DNA of 63,578 nt, filler included, from Guillardia theta CCMP2712 (lineage: Eukaryota > Protista > Cryptophyta), in the NCBI RefSeq assembly GCF_000315625.1. It is 4 parts of 4 records of this genome, joined end to end, with 100 filler letters (N's around TTAATTAATTAA, not from the genome) between each part and the next. Parts side by side here need not be neighbours in the genome. Positions count along the whole stretch, not along the records: positions 14,113 to 27,917 come from NW_005434528.1; positions 28,018 to 56,342 come from NW_005434521.1; 2 more parts are not named here. The stretch is one strand, 5' to 3'. Shown piece after piece: positions 24,391 through 35,778 of this stretch (position 1 is the first letter of the stretch; every line of letters begins with the position of its first letter). The translations under genes were made by a program, and so were the position numbers. Below the pieces are notes generated by a model. That model saw only the letters and a program-made list of their open reading frames with translations. It did no database searches and was not told the origin of the DNA.

Positions 24391-26414
24391 CGGTTCTCCG
24401 GTGGCATGCAGCTGTCGGTTGTGTTTGTACCCACCCCAAATGTCACACACCCTACCCCTTTCCATGATACCCCCTCAAAACCAACTCGTAAGCATGCCAC
24501 CCCGTATTTAAACTATTGCTTACCTGCACCCGTGGTGAGAAAGTTTGCATGTAACATCACCCCTACCCCCTCATCTGTGTGCATATCTGGATTTGTATCA
24601 CCTGGGGTACCCATCTTGACCACCCCTACCACCACTCCCAAGGTTCTAACTAACGGGCGTTGAAAAACCTCCAAAAGAGATTGAAAGAGCTTCTAGGGCA
24701 GCACTTGCTACATAAGCAAAATTGACCCAATCTTCATCGCTGTCTTTTGCAACTGCGGCCGCCGGGACCGTACTACGGTACTCTGAAGCTCCCGAGTCCC
24801 GGCGGGCCCGCCGCGGCCCCGGCGGCCCGGGGCCGGCACTGGACCGGGATCCCGGCCTCGCGCGGGCCGCACGGCGGCTCGGAGGGCCCGGTGACGGAGT
24901 GATGGATCGTATGCCAGCCGTGCCAGTCAGATAGCCCGGCGCAACTAACTTCGGACGGTCGATGTGATACTACTGAGTCTGCCGCGTGACTTTAGCATAG
25001 TTTACGGTACAAGTCTATGTTGATCTTATGTTTGGTTAGTTATATTGTTTGTCTGGAGTTTTTTCTTTCTGGGTATTGTTTCGTTACTGTGCTTTACATA
25101 GAAAGTTCGGCCCTGATGACTCGGGGCCCCATGAGTCTGAGTCTTCAATCAGGCTCCCTCTCTAGCCGCAAGTTGTTTAGGCCTAAAACAAGTCTTTCCC
25201 AGCCAGATTGGTCGCCGGGTCGAATATCTGCCAGGCTCAACGTGGACCGGACATGTTCACGGTTGCCGGAAATACGCTTGCAGCTGATTCGATTCAATTA
25301 TTTTCTTGATGATCTTTGAGTAGGATCAAACTTGAAATGGAACTTCTAGGAGATCTGGCGGAAGTTTCATGTCATGGAAGTTTTATGTCAAGTTCTTTAC
25401 GGTTCAAAAATTTATCTTTTGGTCTTCAAATCAGCCTGGCGAGTAACTTCTCTCTTCTTATCTCCGAACGGTTTTCTTCTCTCTCCTCAGACATTCTTAT
25501 CTTATCCTCTACTATGATCTCTCTTCATTGCATCAGCTCGCTATGCATCTCCCTTATCTCAGCTGTACTGCCACTGACATCTAATAGCCCTGCATGAAAA
25601 TTTTCTTCAGAATGGACAATCCTTCAATGCGTTATTGCCCACTCAGCATAACTGTGAACTTGACGCAGACAGTCTTATCGTATCTCGACTTGGAACTCTG
25701 CTGACATTCTCAGAGTCTTGTTTGTCACTTTCTGACGTCCGGTGTAACGTCACAGTGACTACTGTTTCAGAAACTCGGGGGGAGCCTCCGATGGCCCGGA
25801 TCCGGCGTATGCCAGCCGTGCCAGTCAGATACTGCGGCGCCACCCGCCGAGTTAACAAAAACTCTCCTGTAAACCAAGCCTCCGGCGACTTACGCCGGTT
25901 TCGAGGCGGCCATGTAGCGTGTGGGACGGAGAGGGGGCTTTCCTAGCCGTCTTGCTAAGGTCCTCTCATGTCTGGATGGCCTTGGGTTTCACATCCTAGC
26001 ATACAGTCTATCTCTCATGTGCTCCTCAATTCTGGTTTTGTGTCACGGTGCATTAAACCGTCGGTCTTGAGCAAAAACTGTCTTGTTACAACTAAGGTCG
26101 ATGTGATATCTGCCAACTTTGCCACCTAACTCTGGCAACTTACAGCTCAGTAGGAAGGCCGGGCTTTGAGTTGCTTGTGAAATAACGGTCATAACGGTCG
26201 AGCGGTTAACGGTTAAAAGCGGAGGACATGCTTGGGAGGGAGGGGAGGTAGAGGGAAGAGCGGGAGCGAGCAGAGAGGCGAAGGCAGAGCAGGAGAGGAG
26301 AGATAGCTGAAGGTGAGACAGACAGACAGACACAGAGGGGGCTAGGAACACTGGACGAGGAAGGCGAAGCGCAAGAAAAAGTCGACGGTGGTTTGTCCTG
26401 GGCCTCCCCGCAGG

Positions 26415-27917
26415 ATGCCTCGTGCTGTTGTCCATCGCCATGTCGAGAAACCCGTGCACAACGCCCTGGAGAACTTTCAGCGCTTCATGCTGGACAACCC
26501 GATGACGTCCCTCAGGAACAAGATGTCCGACCTGAACGTCTCGGCATACTCCAAATCTCCCCGGCGCGTCAAGACAGGAAATCCCAGCGAGCATACGAGA
26601 ATGTCAATGGACAGGACTGAGAGGTACGACAAGTCCAACACCCTCCCTCCACAGAGCGCAATGTTCGCATCAGAACCTCCCTCCTCCTCTCCTCGGGTCG
26701 ATCGCCTCGCACCGATCAGGAAACAGCGGAAGGACGGGCATGACCTGGACCAATCGTCGGAGCCCGGGCTGACTGCTCGCCTCATGACTATGACCAGCAA
26801 CCCGCTCTCAGGAGATCTCCGATACGAGGCTGGCTACTCGGAGCTACAGGCGGCCTTCGAGCGAGCATACCAGAAGATGCTCCATGAGCAGCAGCCTTCT
26901 GTCGTCGACACGATCCTCTCCACGGCATGGAACCCCGCGGCGAAGAGGTCGGCGATGTCAAGGACTTTCTTCAAGAAGGAGCAGGACAAGAGTAGCAGCT
27001 GGGACACGCGTGCCCCTGTATACGAGAAGAAGACCTTCTACGACTCCCTCGAGGACACCCACTGCAGGAGAGTGGTCACAAACATGAAGCTGAAACAGGT
27101 CACGCTGCTCCTCCTCTCCTCTCCTCTCCTCTCCTCTCCTCTCCTCTCCTCTCCTCTCCTCTCCTCTCCTCTCCTCTCCTCTCCTCTCCTCTCCTCTCCT
27201 CTCCTCTCCTCTCTCCTCTCTCCTCTTCTGTTCTCTCTTCTCCTGTCCTGTCCTGTCCTCCTTGTGCCCTCCTCTTCTACTTCCTGAATACATGTCGATA
27301 CAGATTTTGCACAAAACGCGGCCACAGTCAGAGCATCTCCTGCAGATGAGGCTGCTGGAGGAGCGGCAGAGCAAGGAGAGCGGGTACCTGAAGAAGCGGG
27401 GGAAGGGGAGGAGGAGCAAGAGGAGGGGGCAAGAGCTCTGGGTCGAGACCCTTCAGCGGTTCATGCAGACGTCCAAGGACCAGAAGAAGGATGAGATGCT
27501 GACTCGTATCGCTGCACAACCCCAGCAGGGCAGGTCTGGCGCCCCTTCCCATCACTCTGACGAGGCGGCTGAGGCTGAGGAGAGGAGGGAGGAGGGGTCG
27601 GCTGCGGCTCGAGAAGCAGCGGAAGAGGGAGGGATGCAAGATCATTGGGAGAGGACGGAAACCGACCCAGCACCAACGGGCGGCGAGCCGGAGGCGATGG
27701 CAGGAGGGGAGGAGGAAGGAGAACGACGGCCACCTGGCAGCATCGAGGAGCTGAAGAGTGTGTGGATGCAGGCGAAGGAGGGAGGAGCCATACAGGTGGG
27801 AGCAGCAGCAGCAGAGAGCTGCAGGAGGAGGAGGAGGAGGAGGAGGAGGAGGAGGAGGAGGAGGAGGAGGATTCGTAAGTTGGTTTTATTTCTGCAGTTG
27901 CCAGCTTTGATCGAGGT
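26415..27917 (+). CDS. Hypothetical protein (multi-exon, runs into a gap)
   Basis: Long coding-like exon MPRAVVHRH...NMKLKQ|gt, microsatellite intron, ag|ILHKTRPQ...GGAIQ|gt; no family recognised. Confidence 0.6.
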
Positions 27918-28405
27918 NNNNNNNNNNNNNNNNNNNNNNNNNNNNNNNNNNNNNNNNNNNNTTAATTAATTAANNNNNNNNNNNNNNNNNNNNNNNNNNN
28001 NNNNNNNNNNNNNNNNNTCCCCTTCGACTCCCCTTCCCCTCCCCTCCCCTCCCCTCCCCTTCGACTCCCCTTCCCCCTCCCCTCCCCTCCCCTCCCCCTT
28101 CGACTCCCCCTTTCCCCTTCCCCTCCCCTTGATCCCCTTGATCCCCTTCCCCTTCCCCCTTCTTCCCTCCTCTCCCCTCTCCTCCCCACCTTTTTTGAAC
28201 CTCCTCCTCCCCTTTTCCTCCCTCCTGCTCCTCTCCTTCCTCCTCCCCTCTCCTCCCCTTGCTCACCCCTCCGTTGCCCCCCCTTCCTTACCCCTCCGCT
28301 GACTCCCTCCGTCATCGCTCTGGTTCGCTCCTCTCCCTCCTGCCACTTCATTTCCTCGTCCTCCGCTACGTTTGCTCGCTTCCAGTGCTCGTCCTGCTCT
28401 GTGTC

Positions 28406-29488
28406 ATGGTGAAAATACTCCAGAGCCTCGTCACTGGACAGATCTTTGCGAAGGAGACCTGGAAGGAGGCAGCAGCTGTAGCCGCTCCTACTGTGAATGT
28501 CACTCTTCGCCGGGCAGTGCATGGCTTCTATCAGCTGCTCCTGTCCATCATCGTTCTGGGGCTCATCTGTGCTCTTGATCTCGTGTCCTGGTCCGAGAGC
28601 ATCTACGACAGCCGGCGGCACATTCCAAGGCACTGCGGGCGCATGCAGCACGACCGGGAAGGGAAGGGCATTCTGCCGGATATCGCATACGGGAGGGAGA
28701 GAAGACGCTATGCCGTGGTGACGCTGCTGACGACGTCCAGCTACGTGAAGCAGGCGGAGGTGCTGGGAAAGTCACTCCTTGTCTACTCCCACCTGCCCTG
28801 CAGCGTCGACATGGTTGTGCTGATCCTGCCGAGGTCGGACGTGACCCACCAGGATGTCGAGCTGCTGTCGCAGGCGGGGTGGATGGTGGAGACCATCCCG
28901 AGGCTAGCCGCGCCCGAACGCATCAACAGCAGCACTGTGAAGCACGCGAGGTATATCCCGCTGGTCTCCAAGCTCGTCCTCTTCAACATGACCCGCTACG
29001 ACGGCATGCTCTACCTTGACTCCGACACGCTGGTGCTCGGAGGCATCGCTGAGCTCTTCAGCCGCCACCTGCCGGAGATGCGGCGCCGAGGGCTGAACCT
29101 GGGATGGGTGAGGGACCAGGGCGAGCAGTTCAGGGCCCGTTCGTTCAACGCCGGCGTCATGCTCGTCGCCCCGTCCAAGCGCGTGTTCGGCCGGCTGATG
29201 CGGTTCCTGCACGAGGGAGCGTTCGAGGTCTCGTTCGCAGAGCAGGGGCTACTGAACGCTTTCTTCGGTCACCACAGCTACGAGCTGGACCAGCGATTCA
29301 ACCTCCTCACCACCGTCCCGCGAGAGAATCGAACGCTCTACGAGAGTATCAAGCATGACGTGCGCATCTTTCACTCCACCTACTTCAAGCCCACCTGCTC
29401 CTTTTACCTCGTGCGATGCTTCTGGCATGGAACGCACGACTTCTGCCGCGAGTGGCAGCGGCTTGAGGCCCTGCAGGTGAAGGTCTGA
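28406..29488 (+). CDS. Glycosyltransferase family 8 (glycogenin/GUX-like), membrane-anchored; start uncertain
   Basis: YAVVTLLTTSSY, SKLVLFNMTRYDGMLYLDSDTLV (DxD), FNAGVMLVAPS, AEQGLLNAFF, RIFHS; hydrophobic segment LLLSIIVLGLICAL. Confidence 0.9.
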   Translation: MVKILQSLVTGQIFAKETWKEAAAVAAPTVNVTLRRAVHGFYQLLLSIIVLGLICALDLVSWSESIYDSRRHIPRHCGRMQHDREGKGILPDIAYGRERRRYAVVTLLTTSSYVKQAEVLGKSLLVYSHLPCSVDMVVLILPRSDVTHQDVELLSQAGWMVETIPRLAAPERINSSTVKHARYIPLVSKLVLFNMTRYDGMLYLDSDTLVLGGIAELFSRHLPEMRRRGLNLGWVRDQGEQFRARSFNAGVMLVAPSKRVFGRLMRFLHEGAFEVSFAEQGLLNAFFGHHSYELDQRFNLLTTVPRENRTLYESIKHDVRIFHSTYFKPTCSFYLVRCFWHGTHDFCREWQRLEALQVKV

Positions 29489-30239
29489 GGGAGGATGCCA
29501 CATCCCCTCCTCCGCCATCATCTCCATCCTCTCAGTCTTCACGGCAGCTCAGAGACCAGCTGAAGTCTGCGCTCCCAGCGATGTCCTTCTGTGTCTTCTC
29601 GCTCCAGCTGACTCATCCCTATGCCGAGCAGGCCGCATGGACAAGCATGAAGTGACCGTGCTGCAGGGAGTCGTCCTACTCAGGACCCACGTGAAGCACG
29701 CTGACGGCGCTCTTGATGCTTAATGCAGAGATGAACTTGCTCGTAGCCATCATCAAACAAGATGAAGTATGGGATCAGGATGAGAGGAAGAAGCGTAGAC
29801 GATGCAGTGATCTCTCCTCAATTCTTGCATGTCGTCTCATAATTCCCGTTTTCTTATCTTCAAGCTCTCAATAAATTCTACTCCACCTTCAGGGTGATCT
29901 CGATCTAGTATTCTTCCCTTCTCCCTCCTTTCTCGATCCTTTTCGTCTTTTCCTTCCACTCTCTCCCTTACACTTGTTGTACGGCCGTGCAGTCAGTTTC
30001 ATGAATTTAATCTTCACGACGGCGTTAACTACCATCTTGCTCTACAATTAGAGTCTTTCGACGAGGAACATTGAACGAGGAACATTGAGATAATGAGGAA
30101 GCAGAGGCGAAAAGTGAGCAGCTGTTGAATTAGGCTGATCAGGCGTCGAGCGTCTCACGACAAGTTTAATGAGGATGATGAAGCGGAGAGGGCAAGAGGA
30201 AGATGCTACTGTTACATGTTGCTCAGTTGCTTGCTCAGC

Positions 30240-31211
30240 CTAGGCCACCTGGCCATCGACCAGGTTGAGCGGAAGGGCTCTGTCGATCTGAGGGCGTGAC
30301 GTCAGCGGCTCTCGCAGGAAGGAGTAAGAGAGACTCTCACCTGCTTGGGGTAGGGGAGGCCGAGGTTGTTCATGATCTCGATGAACTCCTCCTTGTTCTT
30401 CGTCAGCCTCCTGCAGTCACCATCCCCCCGTCAGCATCGCCTGCGCTTCTCTTCCGCCCACTCACGGGTTGAGGGTCTTCTCCTCGAGGACGGTGGAGTT
30501 CATCAAGCCCTTGTAGTCATGGGCTGGGTAGATGATGCACTTGTCCGGAAGAGTGAAGATCTGCGAGCTCCCGTCATCTTTCCTTCCTCCTTGCCGGACA
30601 TGGTACCTTAGAGTGGACAGCATCGTAGAGTCGAGCGGCGCTGCCCTGCTGGAAGTCTGTTCGCCCGCAGCCGCGGATCAGCACGGCGTCTCCCGTGAAG
30701 CACATCACTCCGTCATTGAGCACCTGCCTCCTCCTCGTCAGCCTCCCTCCCTCCTCTCCCCCGCCGCCTCTGCTCCACTCACGTAGCTCACGCAGCCGTC
30801 GGTGTGGCCTGGGGTAGCGCGAACCTCCAGCTTGTGCTGTCCGAACTTGAGCACGTCCCCGTCGTTGATGAACATGTCCGCCTTGGCGCCAGACTTCTCG
30901 GCGATGACGGACTTCATGCCGGGGACAAGCTGCTTGAGCTTCCTGGACATCCCACGCCGTCAGCAAAGGACAAACATGGCTGAGGGAGACAAGACAGACC
31001 CGGTGCCGGTGACGTGGTCGGCGTGGCAGTGAGTGTTGATACCGTAGATGATCTTGAGGCCAAGGTCCTCGGCGAGCTTGGCGTCTCTCTCGGCAGTCTC
31101 GACCACAGGGTCGATGAGGATGGCTTCCTTGGAGGCTTCGTCTCCGAGGAGGTAGGTGTAGGTGCTGCTCTCCTTCTCGAAGAGCTGGCGGAACACGAGA
31201 CCCTGAAGCAT
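30240..31211 (-). CDS. ETHE1: Persulfide dioxygenase ETHE1 (metallo-beta-lactamase fold), copy A; 5' end may extend further
   Basis: [64 protein letters not shown], ending [15 protein letters not shown]. Confidence 0.93.
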
Positions 31212-31439
31212 GTCGTAGTGAACAGGAGCAGAACGGGGGTAAGCTGAGAGGCAGGAAGTGAGTGGGCGAGCAGGGAGGGGGAGGGAAGCAGGAGGGAGGG
31301 GAGGGGAGGGGAGGGGAAGGATTTGTAGACGGGGGCGGAGCAAGTCATGTACTTTACAATGACTTTTAGTAAATGCGATGGGCAGAGGACCCCGCAATTT
31401 GAGGGGAAAAGGGTGGGTGGGGTGAATGACCAGATGGCC

Positions 31440-31870
31440 GTGGCGATGACTGCAACTTAGCGCTGTGACTTCAGTGACACGAATCGCCTGGTGACCGGGG
31501 GGGGCCGGCAATGTCGGCCGCCGCTCAGTGACCCGGCACCGGCGGGGCGGGCGCGGAGCCGTGACTGACTCAGTGAGTCGCTGCCGTACGGTCAGTGCCG
31601 CGGCGGCCGGGCCCGCCGGCCGGGCCATTGCCGCCACTCGGACTACCCCGTGACCGTACCGCCTGGCGGTGACTCTGAACTTGCCGACTCGAGTCCGGGG
31701 CCGGGGCCCAGCTCGGCCGCTGCCATCATGCATGATGCTTGGATTGCCGACGACGGTCCTCCCGGCGGATCGGGCCCCTCAGCCTTGATCGGACCGTAGG
31801 CTCTGGGGGCACTGCCGCTTGAAGCCTGGATGGAGAACACGGCATATCACCGTCCGACTGAGCCCCGCTC
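31440..31870. promoter_or_regulatory. GC-rich GGCC/CCGG intergenic island (one of ~9 in the window), upstream of ETHE1-A
   Basis: Dense GGCC, CCGG, GACTC and CAGTGA words; non-coding position. Confidence 0.4.
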
Positions 31871-32185
31871 AGTGACTTCAATGATAGACCATCAAGGCTT
31901 CTGAGAGACTCAGTGGGATTGAAGTTGTGATGGATCGGGTTGCGAGAGGACCCTACGATATTCACCTTGAATACAAGATGACACATCATATGATACATCA
32001 TCTTACATGGGCAGCTCCATGGCATCGTACACGGGTCGCCGGGAGAGCATGCGTTTCAACCTTGAAATGCAGCTGAAGAAAGACATCGGATTTGTCAGAC
32101 AAGTTGCGAAGCTTTCAGGATGACGGTTGACTTTTTTGACGACGATCAGCAGTTGAGGGAGAGATGTAACATGCTAACTCGAATG

Positions 32186-32265
32186 GACTTCTGTCCGCAA
32201 AGACTTCTGTCCGCAAAGACTTCTGTCCGCAAAGACTTCTGTCCGCAACGACTACTGTCCGCAAA
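32186..32265 (+). repeat. 16-bp minisatellite GACTTCTGTCCGCAAA x5
   Basis: Five adjacent copies; the last two each carry one substitution. Confidence 0.92.
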
Positions 32266-33710
32266 GAAACGTTGCCGGAAAGCCCAGGCTTTGAATGAGG
32301 TCCTCGTGCGGTTTATGCATTGTCCTCCTCTGCCTAGCGATGCTGCTAGTGGGCATGGTCTTTGGCAGACTGGTTTGACATGACATTTCATTTTACCTCC
32401 AATCTCTTCAACTCTCTCTTACGACTCAACAAACATAACCCGCGCCGGGTAGCGACGGCGGCAGATGCTGCAAACGTGCACTGCAACCAAGGTACAGCAT
32501 CATCGCCTTCAGAATGCAATTCATGATCCCCGTCGAGATTTTCTCCCGATCGCTACCATCGACCGACGGTGCAACATACAATCATGTTGAAGGGCTCAAG
32601 CTCTTTCACCTCAACCAGCAGACGCATCGTTCCCTCAACTCCCCGTCTGGTCTACTATCTGAAGTGAGTCGGAGACAAGGGAAAAGGAAATCGGACTGCT
32701 GCCCCTCGTATGAAGGACTTAAAACTCTCTTCAGCTGGTTAAGTGCTGTGACTACTTCTCCAGTTTCCAACTCGACTGGAGCTGGACGTCCTTTACTCCC
32801 TCTCCCTCCCCTTCCTCCTTCTCCTTTCCCCTCCTCCCTCTCCCTCTCCCTTCCTCCCTCTCCCTTCCTCCCTCTCCCTTTCCCTTCTCTCTCTCCTTCC
32901 CCTCCTGCTGTATGGTCGGACAACCGATGTTCAGACCCAGTACCCCACCCCCTCACCCCCGCCTGGATGATGCAATTCACCCACCCCAGGACCCGCTTCA
33001 GACAGTCATAAGTACCCCTGGTCTTTCGAACCACAGTGGAAACAAACGACAACGGATGCAGTCAGGAAGCCACCCCCCCCCCCTCATATCAACCGCCCCC
33101 GTGATCCCCATAGAGAAAAGGGTTCTAGATGGGTTTCCAAAGTCCTCTACACCCAGATCAACTACTTGTAAATTTTTCTAGAGGCGGGGGCTGGCGCACA
33201 AAGATGTGTGGGGCACCCTTTGAANNNNNNNNNNNNNNNNNNNNNNNNNNNNNNNNNNNNNNNNNNNNNNNNNNNNNNNNNNNNNNNNNNNNNNNNNNNN
33301 NNNNNNNNNNNNNNNNNNNNNNNNNNNNNNNNNNNNNNNNNNNNNNNNNNNNNNNNNNNNNNNNNNNNNNNNNNNNNNNNNNNNNNNNNNNNNNNNNNNN
33401 NNNNNNAACATCAGGCACCACTCTTTTCTTCTTTTACTTATTGTCTCATATATGAAAATATTGATCTTTCCCCCCCTCTGTTAAGACTCTCTCTCCAGAG
33501 TACCGGGCAAATACGAGGCGTTGTGTACCCCTACCCCCTACAAAGGTAACATTTCATCGACTACCCTCCAGGGGATTCACCCCACCTCCTCCTGGTGTTA
33601 TCTGCGCCTCTCCTCCCACATCAACCGACTGCCTCCTCAGCAGCAGCCTCTCCCATGCGTTCTCCTCTCCCTCCCTCCCTCCCTCCTCCGCCTCCTCCCA
33701 CCATGAACAC

Positions 33711-34185
33711 ATCCATCTCATCCTCTCCTCCTTTCCTCTCATCCTCCTCCTTCCATGCTCCCGTCCCCTCGCTCTTGCTGCTCCCAGCATCGATCCGTTG
33801 GCTCATGCCGCTCGTGTGTGCGACATTCCTCGCTCGTTCCTCTGCCCGTTGAGTCTTCCCCATGTCTTGTACGTCTTTCCCCTGTCTGACTTTGATTTGT
33901 TGGATCCCTGTAATGTCCACCTGCCGATTCGTCTCTGCCGGAACTTCCCTGTGTCTCAATCCCTAGACTTTTAGTCCAGCCTGCCTACCTCCGTGTCCTC
34001 AAAGTTTGCGAGCTTTCTCTGGATGTAACTGAGTCTGTGACTTCGTGTCCTTCAACCTTGTTCATTCTCATGATCACGTTGCCAATGCTGCTCCTTGGCA
34101 CTTGAAAGATGTCCATGGTTGACCTACTTTTTGCGCAGGTAACCACAGAGGTTGAAATATGGCCGATAAGATGGTGAGGCTTCTG
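33711..34185 (+). repeat. Left arm of ~475-bp inverted repeat (nucleoredoxin upstream region plus first exon)
   Basis: Reverse complement of 36588-37064 with a few substitutions. Confidence 0.9.
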
Positions 34186-35687
34186 TTGAGCAGAGTAGGT
34201 TTGCTGACTCCCTTCCTCTCAGAACGTCTCCTTCAACAAGCTCTTCGGCGACACTTTGTGCAGGAACGAACCTGGCAACGAGGTTGGAACCAAGCACGTC
34301 CTGGAGGGGAAGCAGTATGTCGGAATTCTGTTTGGCGCGTCGTGGTCGGGCTCCTGCAAGCAGTTCATGCAGCCGCTGCAACAAGTCTACAAGAAGCTCA
34401 TCGAGGAGAAGGGAAAGTCGTTCGAGTTGGTGTACGTGCCTGCCACCGTCCCCGGCCGTCCAGAAGAAGACAAGGAGGCGTACAAGGAGCTGCTGGCCAT
34501 GGCGTCCTGGCTTGCTGTGCCTCTCCACAGGAAGTCGGTGCACAAGAAGCTCACCCGCAGGTTTCAAGTGCGACAGATCCCCATGCTGGTGCTGCTGGAC
34601 AGCAACGGCTCGACGGTTCACCGGGACATCACTCCTGCCGTCACCCACATCGTCGAGGATGCCGACGGCGACTCTTTCGCTGACCAGTGAGCTGCTGGCG
34701 CGGGCCAACCCCCCGATGTCGTTCTAAGTCCTAGCGCAGGTTTCCATGGGCTGAGAAGAGGAATACCAACGTGAAGGAGATGCTGGGAGACGTGTTTGTC
34801 AAGGGCGATGGGTCTCAGGTCTCAGTCAAGGAGCTGGACGGCAAGCACGTCGGCATCTTGTTCTCGATGGGTTGGCATTACCAGTGCAAGGGGTGAGAGA
34901 TCCGTTCCCGAGAAGGAGCGCGTGACGTTGCGCCTGCCAGGTTCCATCAGATGCTGGACTACATGTACGAGAAGCTCAAGGAGCAGGGCAAGGCGTTCGA
35001 AGTGATCGACATGGTGAGGGGAAGGAGGAGGAGAGCCAAGGGTTGACGCTTCTGCAGGATTTCTCTCCGAACGTGCCATGGCTGTGCATGCCACAAACAG
35101 CCCACGAGGCGAAGCAGAAGCTCGGAGAGGCGTTCCGCATCGAGAAAGTTCCTTCCATGGTCGTCATCGACCCAGACGGCAACGTCGTGACGACCGAGGG
35201 CGTCGAGATCGTCAACAAGGACACGGACGGAGATTGCTTCCCCTGGACCCCGAAGCCCCTCTACGACCTCTCCACGCTCGAGCCTGAGATCCTAGGAGAG
35301 ATGAACGATACCGTCACGTGCGTCCTCCTCTGCGAAGGCTGCGACGAGGCGACCAAGGCAGCGATGGCGGAGGCAATGCTGCCTGTGGCGGAGGAGGCCT
35401 TCTGCGCTGCCAAGATGAGCGGGTGCGAAGCTGGAATGCTCTTCTTCACTGCCACGGAGACGAGCGACGTCGTTTACCAGCTGCGCCTCTCCTGCGAGCT
35501 CAACGAGCCGACCAGCACCCCCCAGCTGGTGATCCTCGACATTCCCGACTCGGGGGCGTACTACGTGTTCGATGGGGACGACCTGAGCACGGAGAACATC
35601 CGGCAGTTCATCGAGGACTACGACAACGAGCGGCTGGAGAGGAAGGAGCTGCAAGAGGACGAGGAGGAAGCCGGTGAGGGCCAGTAG
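34159..35687 (+). CDS. Nucleoredoxin/tryparedoxin-like protein (two Trx-like domains plus C-terminal Trx-fold domain), non-canonical active sites
   Basis: GKQYVGILFGASWSGSCKQF..FELVYV..WLAVP..FQVRQIPMLVLLD; GKHVGILFSMGWHYQCKGF..PWLCMP..FRIEKVPSMVVIDPDG..FPWTPKP; PQLVILDIPDSGAYY. Confidence 0.88.
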
Positions 35688-35778
35688 AGGATGAACAAGT
35701 TTAACATATCAGATATGTGCCGTGGCAGTCGATTCTAAAGGTTCTTATATGCTCCTCCCCCCTCGCTCCTCCCCCTTC

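Noticed and set aside
23922-24663. ORFs rich in EERRG / SSPLL (also 14340-15191 and 42740-43569)
   Set aside because: Translations of CT/GA microsatellites
30960-31733. 257-aa ORF as a long N-terminal extension of ETHE1-A
   Set aside because: The upstream part runs through the GC island and a CT microsatellite, where open frames arise by composition
32186-32265. Short repeat array as CRISPR
   Set aside because: No spacers, 16-bp contiguous units, no cas genes, eukaryotic context
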